From: Euryarchaeota archaeon Ods01
Lineage (GTDB): Archaea > Halobacteriota > Halobacteria > Halobacteriales > Halorutilaceae
Assembly (NCBI GenBank): GCA_028751095.1
Contig: JAQZCZ010000001.1
Location: 149 to 64,148 of the forward strand
Direction of reading: 5' to 3'
Length of the DNA stretch: 64,000 nucleotides
Position 1 is the first letter of the stretch. Each line of letters starts with the position of its first letter. A model generated the notes under the pieces. It worked only from the letters and a program-made list of their open reading frames with translations, did no database searches and was not told the DNA's origin. A program made the translations under genes and the position numbers. This document shows, piece by piece, positions 57,740 through 64,000 of this stretch.

Positions 57740-58051
57740 TTAGTTTTTCGGCTCAAAGTCGTGGAGGAACGCCGTCGAGTCGTCGTCCCATGTCGTGTCG
57801 TGCGCTTCCTCGATACGTTTCTTGTACGCCTCCAGATTCGGCGAACCTTCGGCGCGGGCATCCTCGTCGGTGAGTTCGCCAAGGCGTCGTTCACGGACCT
57901 CGACTATCTCGTACTCGTCTCCGTCGATGACGAAGGTATCGCCTTCGTCGGCGTGTAGGTCGCCGCGGTGTATCTGCGTGATACGTCCTTCGGAGACTGC
58001 GTCACGGAGACGTTGCGCGGGCAGAAGGTCGTCGGCTTCGATGCGTGCCAT
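57740..58051 (-). CDS. ASCH-domain protein
   Basis: GRITQIHR, ELTDEDARAEG. Confidence 0.85.
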   Translation of the reverse strand: MARIEADDLLPAQRLRDAVSEGRITQIHRGDLHADEGDTFVIDGDEYEIVEVRERRLGELTDEDARAEGSPNLEAYKKRIEEAHDTTWDDDSTAFLHDFEPKN

Positions 58052-58100
58052 ACGGAACCGTTACGCGCCGCGATGTTAAAACTGCCGGAGTAGTTAACAA

Positions 58101-59111
58101 TTAACGGAGACGGAAGTCGAATCCGTCAACACCCTCGAACTTCTTCTCGTCAAGGACGGAAGCGACACCCGCGCCGAAGGAGTAGGCGAGAGCGCCGCCG
58201 ACACCGCCTATCTGTTCGCGGAAGGAACGCACGGGCGTGAACTCGTGTATACGCGGCTCCTCGCCGATAAGCTCCTCAACGTGTTCCTCAACATCGTCGT
58301 ACGTACCGACCTCGTCAACGAGTCCTTCGTCGACAGCCTCGTCGCCTAGGTAGACGCGTGCTTCCGTACCGCGTATCTCGTCTTCGTCCATTCCGCGCCC
58401 TTCAGCGACGCGTTCAACGAATGCGTCGTAGTAGCCGTCGATAATGCTCTGGAGGTACTCGCGCTCCTCGTCGTCGGTCTCCTTGAGCGGATTACCGGCG
58501 TCCTTGTAACGTCCCGCGACGAGACGTTCGTACTCGATGCCGAGATTGTCCGCCGCCTCCTTAGCGTTGAGACGGGAGCCGAGGACGCCGATTGAGCCGA
58601 CGAGGCTCGTGTCACGCGCATAGACTTCGTCGCAGGCGGAGGCTATCCAGTAGCCGCCGCTCGCGCATACGTCGGTTGCGTAGGCGACCGTCGGACCGTC
58701 GAACTCCGCGACTGCGCGGCGTATATCGTCGCTCGGCACGACCTGTCCGCCAGGCGTATTGAGACGGACGACGAGTGCGTTGACGTTGTCGTCTTGGTCG
58801 GCGGTTTCAATAGTTTCTACGACACTCTCCGCGGGAAATCCGGGCTTAGGCACGAGTCCGCTGGGTCCGTCGCGCGTAATCGGTCCCTCGACAGCGACCT
58901 CAGCGGCGTTATACGGAGTAACCAACGACGACGCGATACGTTGGGAGACGAACAGACCCGCGAATCCCAACGTCAGTACGAAGACGACGCTCCAGACGGA
59001 TACGTCGGCGAGGTCGGGGACGACTACGAAACCCGCGTAGCCGGCGACGAGAGCGACGGCGGTGCCGACGAGAACTATGAGAAGCTGTCCTATGCCTGTC
59101 TTTCTGACCAT
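58101..59111 (-). CDS. sppA: signal peptide peptidase SppA (S49)
   Basis: NTPGG, CASGGYWIAS, VGSIGV, GRYKD; N-terminal TM segments. Confidence 0.93.
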   Translation of the reverse strand: MVRKTGIGQLLIVLVGTAVALVAGYAGFVVVPDLADVSVWSVVFVLTLGFAGLFVSQRIASSLVTPYNAAEVAVEGPITRDGPSGLVPKPGFPAESVVETIETADQDDNVNALVVRLNTPGGQVVPSDDIRRAVAEFDGPTVAYATDVCASGGYWIASACDEVYARDTSLVGSIGVLGSRLNAKEAADNLGIEYERLVAGRYKDAGNPLKETDDEEREYLQSIIDGYYDAFVERVAEGRGMDEDEIRGTEARVYLGDEAVDEGLVDEVGTYDDVEEHVEELIGEEPRIHEFTPVRSFREQIGGVGGALAYSFGAGVASVLDEKKFEGVDGFDFRLR

Positions 59112-59155
59112 GGACGTACGTGTACCGGCGCGCGTAAAAATGGGTCGCCTGTCGC

Positions 59156-59608
59156 TCAGTCGTCGGCTGTCGCCGCCTTTGTCTCGTCGGCGGCGGAGGA
59201 ACGCACGACACCCTGAACATACGCTCCGGCGAACATACCGGCGACTCCGTAGAGCATGATGTAGTTGCCTATGCCGAGTGAGGCGTACGCCGCTCCCGGA
59301 CAGATGCCGGACAGACCCCATCCGACGCCGAATATTCCGCCGCCGATAACGACGTTCTTGTCGAGCGTCTTCAGACGGCGCGCGTAGGCGCTTCCCGTAA
59401 TCGGCGCGGTATCGCGGAGACGCGGGACCGCGAAGTACGCGGTTCCGGTGACGATAGCCGCGCCGAACATAACAAACAAGAGTCCGAAGTCGTAGAGTTC
59501 GAGGAATGAGAGAACGACCTCGGGGCGCGCCATATGGCTGAATCCGAGTCCGAATCCGAACAGGACGCCGCCGGCGTAGACGAGAGCGAGGACGCGGCGG
59601 TCTGTCAA
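59156..59608 (-). CDS. YeeE/YedE-family small membrane subunit (DUF6691-like)
   Basis: MARPEVVLSFL, FGVGWGLSGICPG. Confidence 0.88.
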   Translation of the reverse strand: MTDRRVLALVYAGGVLFGFGLGFSHMARPEVVLSFLELYDFGLLFVMFGAAIVTGTAYFAVPRLRDTAPITGSAYARRLKTLDKNVVIGGGIFGVGWGLSGICPGAAYASLGIGNYIMLYGVAGMFAGAYVQGVVRSSAADETKAATADD

Positions 59609-60084
59609 CGTGCCACCCCCAGTCCGAGGGACGCCATCACGAGAGCGACACCGACCGCTATCGAAAGGAAGACGGCGACGTTAACGATAGAGGCACCCGA
59701 CGCCGAACCGACGCCACAGACGCCGTGTCCCGACGTGCAGCCTTTGCCGACGCGTGTTCCCACGCCTATCAGAAATCCGCCCGCGAGCAGACGCCACGGC
59801 TCAACCTCCGTGAGCCAGATTCCGCCTTGGAAGACGACGGCGTAGACCGCCGCGCCCGAGACGATTCCGAGCGTGAATACAACGCGCCAGTCGCGCGAGG
59901 GACGGTACTGCTGGAACCTCGACGCGTCCGATACATACGACAGTGTCGACTCAAGGAACGTACTCGCCCCTGCCGAGATTCCGGTGCCGACGTAGATTAG
60001 CGCCGCTCCGAGACCCACGAAGATTCCACCGACGGCGTAATGGAAGACGCCGTTCGGGAACAGTATCTCTATTAGCTCTTGCAT
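59605..60084 (-). CDS. YeeE/YedE-family membrane protein
   Basis: GTRVGKGCTSGHGVCG. Confidence 0.9.
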   Translation of the reverse strand: MQELIEILFPNGVFHYAVGGIFVGLGAALIYVGTGISAGASTFLESTLSYVSDASRFQQYRPSRDWRVVFTLGIVSGAAVYAVVFQGGIWLTEVEPWRLLAGGFLIGVGTRVGKGCTSGHGVCGVGSASGASIVNVAVFLSIAVGVALVMASLGLGVAR

Positions 60085-60142
60085 ACCTCATCTTAGCCAA
60101 GGGTACGTAAAAGAAGCCCGATAGGGGCAGTTCTTGCGTCGT

Positions 60143-60592
60143 CTACTCGACGGTGATGTCGGTCGTCTCCTCTTCGTCGTCGCCGCGGCTGAGAACGTCG
60201 TCTAGCCATTCGCCGACGCGGTCGGGAACCTGACGGACGAGTTCAGTGGGCGAGACGGCTTCGTAGACGCCTTCACCTGCGTCCTCTACGATGTCGTCGT
60301 CCTGAAGGTCGTCGATAACGCGCTCAACCTTGTCAGGGTACAGTCCGGTCTCCTCTGCAACCGCGTCGGGTGTCGCGCCGTCGGCTTCACGGAGACCTAC
60401 GTAGACAGCGACTCGGGCGCGCGTGTCGAGTATCTCGGAGAGGAGGCGGTCAACGTTGTCATCTACGGATTCGAGGACCTCCTCAGCGCGCTCTTCGACG
60501 CGTTCCTCAACTTCCTCGACACGCTCCTCTACACCCTCGCTTTCTACGTCTTCTGCTTCGATAACGTCTTCTGCGGTTTCTTCTTCCGTCAT
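60143..60592 (-). CDS. TrmB-like HTH transcriptional regulator
   Basis: LDTRARVAVY..ATPDAVAEETGLYP..V...L..YEAVSPTELV. Confidence 0.75.
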   Translation of the reverse strand: MTEEETAEDVIEAEDVESEGVEERVEEVEERVEERAEEVLESVDDNVDRLLSEILDTRARVAVYVGLREADGATPDAVAEETGLYPDKVERVIDDLQDDDIVEDAGEGVYEAVSPTELVRQVPDRVGEWLDDVLSRGDDEEETTDITVE

Positions 60593-60684
60593 GTACCAGT
60601 CGAAACACCGAAGCGTTATATTTCTTAGGACTTTCGTCTCGTTGTTTAGGTAGTTTGACAAGGGAAGCCGGTCTATCGCCGACG

Positions 60685-61845
60685 ATGATAACCGTAGGTC
60701 TCGCCGGAAAGCCAAACGCCGGTAAGTCGACCTTCTTCAGCGCCGCGACGAGAGACGATGCCGAGGTCGGCAACTACCCGTTCACCACGATAGACGCAAA
60801 CCGCGGAATGGCGGCGGTACGGACCGAATGCCCCTGCGAAGAACTCGACGAACGTTGCGGGAACTGCCGCGACGGACGCCGGTACGTCCCCGTCGAACTC
60901 GTCGACGTTGCTGGACTAGTGCCGGACGCACACAAGGGGCGCGGCTTAGGAAACCAGTTCCTCGACGAACTCCGACAGGCGGACGTGATTCTCCATGTCG
61001 TAGACGCGTCGGGTGGTACGGACGAGGAGGGCGAACCCGTCGAGGTCGGTACGCACGACCCGCGCGAGGACGTAGAGTTTCTCAAGGATGAGCTAGAGAT
61101 GTGGATAGCGGGCGTCCTGACCGACAACCTCAACGGTCTCGTACGGCGGTCTAAGACGCCTGACTTCGACGTAGAGGAGGCTCTCGGCGACGTTCTGACC
61201 GGCGTCGGGGCATCGAGCGCCGACGTTAGGCGCGCGTTACGGCACGTCGACCTTCCGCCGGTCGGGGACTGGAACGAGAGCCACGCCGAGGAACTCGCAG
61301 GCGAGATACGCGCGCTCTCGAAGCCGATACTTCCGGTGGCGAACAAGGTCGACGTTGCGCCCGACGAGTACGTCGAAGCACTCGTCGACAACGGGGCGGT
61401 TCCGACGAGTGCCGAGTCCGAACTCGCGTTACGCCGCGCCGACGAAGCGGACGTTATCGACTACGCGCCGGGTGACGCGTCCTTCGAGATAACCGGCGAC
61501 GTCTCAGACGAGCAGCGCGCCGGTCTCGAACGCGTCCGCGGCGTCGTCGAAGAGTTCGGGGGGACGGGCGTACAGGAGGCGCTCGATACCGCTGTCTACG
61601 ACCTTCTCAACCGTATCACTGCGTACCCCGTCGAGAACGAGAACCGGTGGACGGACGGAAGCGGAAACGTACTGCCGGACGCCTTTCTGTTGCGCGAGGG
61701 GGCGACCCCGCGCGACCTCGCTTACGCGATTCACAGCGACATCGGCGACGACTACCACCACGCCGTCGACGGAAGGAAGAAACAGCGTATCAGCGACGAG
61801 ACGGAGTTGGAAGAGGGCGCCGTTGTTAAGATAGTGACGGCTTAG
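60685..61845 (+). CDS. ychF: Obg-family ATPase/GTPase YchF
   Basis: GKPNAGKST, NYPFTTI, DVAG, NKVD, C-terminal TGS domain. Confidence 0.94.
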   Translation: MITVGLAGKPNAGKSTFFSAATRDDAEVGNYPFTTIDANRGMAAVRTECPCEELDERCGNCRDGRRYVPVELVDVAGLVPDAHKGRGLGNQFLDELRQADVILHVVDASGGTDEEGEPVEVGTHDPREDVEFLKDELEMWIAGVLTDNLNGLVRRSKTPDFDVEEALGDVLTGVGASSADVRRALRHVDLPPVGDWNESHAEELAGEIRALSKPILPVANKVDVAPDEYVEALVDNGAVPTSAESELALRRADEADVIDYAPGDASFEITGDVSDEQRAGLERVRGVVEEFGGTGVQEALDTAVYDLLNRITAYPVENENRWTDGSGNVLPDAFLLREGATPRDLAYAIHSDIGDDYHHAVDGRKKQRISDETELEEGAVVKIVTA

Positions 61846-64000
61846 TCGCGCCTGACGACGACAAGAGCAACGACAAGAGCGATAAGCGCGGCGACGGCGG
61901 TAAAGCCAGGCATATCTTCCTCGTCGTCGGACTCTTGGTCGCCGTCTTCCGATTCGTCGGTATCTTCAGAGGTTGCTTCGTCAGCCTCGGCTCCGTCGTC
62001 GTCTTCCTCAGCCGTCTCACCCTCTTCAGCCTCAATGTCTTCTTCGGCTTCGACGACGAACTCTTCCATGACGTTTCCGTCAACGGTTACCTCGTACTCA
62101 CCGGTCTGTTCAAGTTCGTGTGAGAAGTCGATATCCACGGTCTCTCCGCGTATCAGGTCTGCGTCAACCGAGTCAACCTCGTCCCCCTCGTGGAACAGCC
62201 TTACCGTAGCCGTACCGTCCGCACCCCCGGTCATCTCAACCTCCCCCGAGAGTCCGGCGATATCACCTACCGTGTACTCTGCTGAGCCGGCGTTAAATCC
62301 GGTAGCCGTGAAGGACGTGCTACTGACATCAGAGCCTCCGCCACCTCCGCCGAGATTGCCCGAAACCTCGAACGTGGGTCCGGTTTTTTCCGTCGAGTTT
62401 ACCACCACTCCGGACCCGCCGAATCTCGACAGACCGAAATGGTCGGGTTCGCGTATGTCGGTCGATACGAGGTTTGCGGTAACCTCATACTCGTCAAAGT
62501 CGGCAGGGACTCCGTACTCCGCTGTCGGCGAACCGCCGTTAACTACAAGAGTATCCGTAGCTGTATCACCGCTACTGTCTTCGATGACCACCTCCAGTTC
62601 AAAGTCGTCGTCCTCAACCGTCGACATAGGGACTACGTCGAGCGAAACCTGTCCCGTCAGGTAGCCCTCACCGGATATATCGAACGACGGTCCTTCGTTT
62701 TCTCCGCTGTCAACCGTGACTTCGTCGTCTCCTCCTGTGACAACAGCTTCGTAGTCTTCGGCTTCTCCGCTCACAGCCGACTCGACGGACGCCGTTACCT
62801 CGTACTCGTCGAAGACCAAGTCGTCTATCTCGTACTCAGCTGTCCGGTCCGTTCCGTCGAGACTGATTACGTCGGTCTCACCGCCCGCTTCAACCTCTAT
62901 TCTGACAGTGTCTCCGTCTCCGAGTACGTTAAACGTCTCCTGTTCCAGAGCCACCTCTCCCGTGATATCCCCTTCCGCGGTTACTTCGAAGGTAGGTCCA
63001 TCTACCTCCGACCCATCGAGGGTGACCTCCTCGTCGCTGTTTATTTCGACGTTGTAGTCCTCAGCATCCCCGACATCAGCGCCGGTCACTTCTGCTGAGA
63101 TAGTATAGTCATCAAACAGTAGGGAGAACATGTACTCCTGTTCGTCAGACTCGCCCGTTAGCTCCATGTCTTGCTCAACGCGTACTGTCTCCGACCCTTC
63201 CCCGTTCAGCGGGACAGGCTCACCCTGATTCTGTGCCTCGGCTATGACCTCAAGTTCGACTCCGTTATCGTCTAGGAACTCCGCCGTGTCTTCTTCGAGT
63301 TGGAGGGTGCCTACGATATCCCCGTTAGCGAACGAGAAGAACTCGATGCCTTCGTTCTCGTTCTCGTTGACTGTGACATCCTCACCCGTCTCCGGAACCT
63401 CCGGCTCGCCGTTAGGAGCTAACAAGGAGAGGGGGATAGCCTCGTAGTCGTCGGCTTCGCCCGCGCTGGCTCCGGTTACTTCGGTTTCTATCCCATACTC
63501 TCCGAAGGCTACGTCTTCGATGACGTAGCCGGTCTCAGCTTCACCGTCTTCGAAAAGGAACTCCTCGGTGTACTCCTCGGATTCCCCGTCGACAACTGTA
63601 ACTTCGACGGTCACTTCGCCGTCCTGTACCGCCGAGGTCCCTTCGGCAAGATAGAGCGTATCTTCGACCGTCCCTTCGCCGCTGAGTTCAAGTTCCCCCG
63701 TAGCGTCCTCCTGAGACCCCGGGGTAAGTTCGCCAATACCGGTCTCCTCAGCGTTGAAGTCAGTATTGCCGTCCGTGGTAGTCGCCCTCACCGTGTAGTC
63801 GCCCGTCACAGTAGCCTCATCGCTGAAGTCGGCGGTGAGTGTCCCAGTACCCGTCTCCGTTCCCCCGGTATCTTCGGTATTTTCCCCAACTGTTTCACCG
63901 TCTTCGTTTATTAACTCAAAGGTGACCTCGGTTTCCTCGCCAGGCTGGACGACAAGTTCGGCGTCCACGTCAACGGTCGCATCGTCAGCTTCGAGCGACA
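61842..64000 (-). CDS. large PGF-CTERM cell-surface glycoprotein, 3' part (5' end outside the window)
   Basis: C-terminal MPGFTAVAALIALVVALVVVRRD, acidic linker, tandem beta-rich repeats; frame open to the window edge. Confidence 0.9.
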   Translation of the reverse strand, partial: SLEADDATVDVDAELVVQPGEETEVTFELINEDGETVGENTEDTGGTETGTGTLTADFSDEATVTGDYTVRATTTDGNTDFNAEETGIGELTPGSQEDATGELELSGEGTVEDTLYLAEGTSAVQDGEVTVEVTVVDGESEEYTEEFLFEDGEAETGYVIEDVAFGEYGIETEVTGASAGEADDYEAIPLSLLAPNGEPEVPETGEDVTVNENENEGIEFFSFANGDIVGTLQLEEDTAEFLDDNGVELEVIAEAQNQGEPVPLNGEGSETVRVEQDMELTGESDEQEYMFSLLFDDYTISAEVTGADVGDAEDYNVEINSDEEVTLDGSEVDGPTFEVTAEGDITGEVALEQETFNVLGDGDTVRIEVEAGGETDVISLDGTDRTAEYEIDDLVFDEYEVTASVESAVSGEAEDYEAVVTGGDDEVTVDSGENEGPSFDISGEGYLTGQVSLDVVPMSTVEDDDFELEVVIEDSSGDTATDTLVVNGGSPTAEYGVPADFDEYEVTANLVSTDIREPDHFGLSRFGGSGVVVNSTEKTGPTFEVSGNLGGGGGGSDVSSTSFTATGFNAGSAEYTVGDIAGLSGEVEMTGGADGTATVRLFHEGDEVDSVDADLIRGETVDIDFSHELEQTGEYEVTVDGNVMEEFVVEAEEDIEAEEGETAEEDDDGAEADEATSEDTDESEDGDQESDDEEDMPGFTAVAALIALVVALVVVRRD

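Overview
GC-rich, gene-dense chromosomal segment of a halophilic archaeon (acidic proteome, archaeal rpl11 and eIF1A, PGF-CTERM protein, TATA-like promoters). It is probably a deep-branching member of class Halobacteria; this is an inference. It holds about 65 CDS, mostly housekeeping: heme genes hemE/hemG/hemH, a leuA-ilvBNC-leuCD operon with leuB and ilvD, trpDFEG, amt-glnK, pckA, fumC, ychF, a Dna2-like helicase-nuclease and the PINA ATPase. RNA genes are tRNA-Lys(CTT), tRNA-Arg(GCG) and two near-identical box C/D guide RNAs of the sR-tMet type. No CRISPR array, integrase or transposase was seen. Main observations: (1) a probably leaderless 30-codon acidic uORF overlaps the leuA 5' end; its only Leu codon (UUG) follows a UUU-U slippery site behind an internal SD-like sequence, suggesting a leucine-sensing +1 ribosomal frameshift. 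(2) A membrane-anchored ribbon-helix-helix-like protein lies between two PrsW-family proteases, one fused to a flavin-binding domain and one broken by TGG>TAG. (3) A tandem two-cassette scar [nif3 3' end - variable gene - sR-tMet] has created a chimeric 47-aa ORF. (4) TGTACA boxes phased at 10 bp cover the trp promoter. All calls come from motif recognition by eye; no searches were run.
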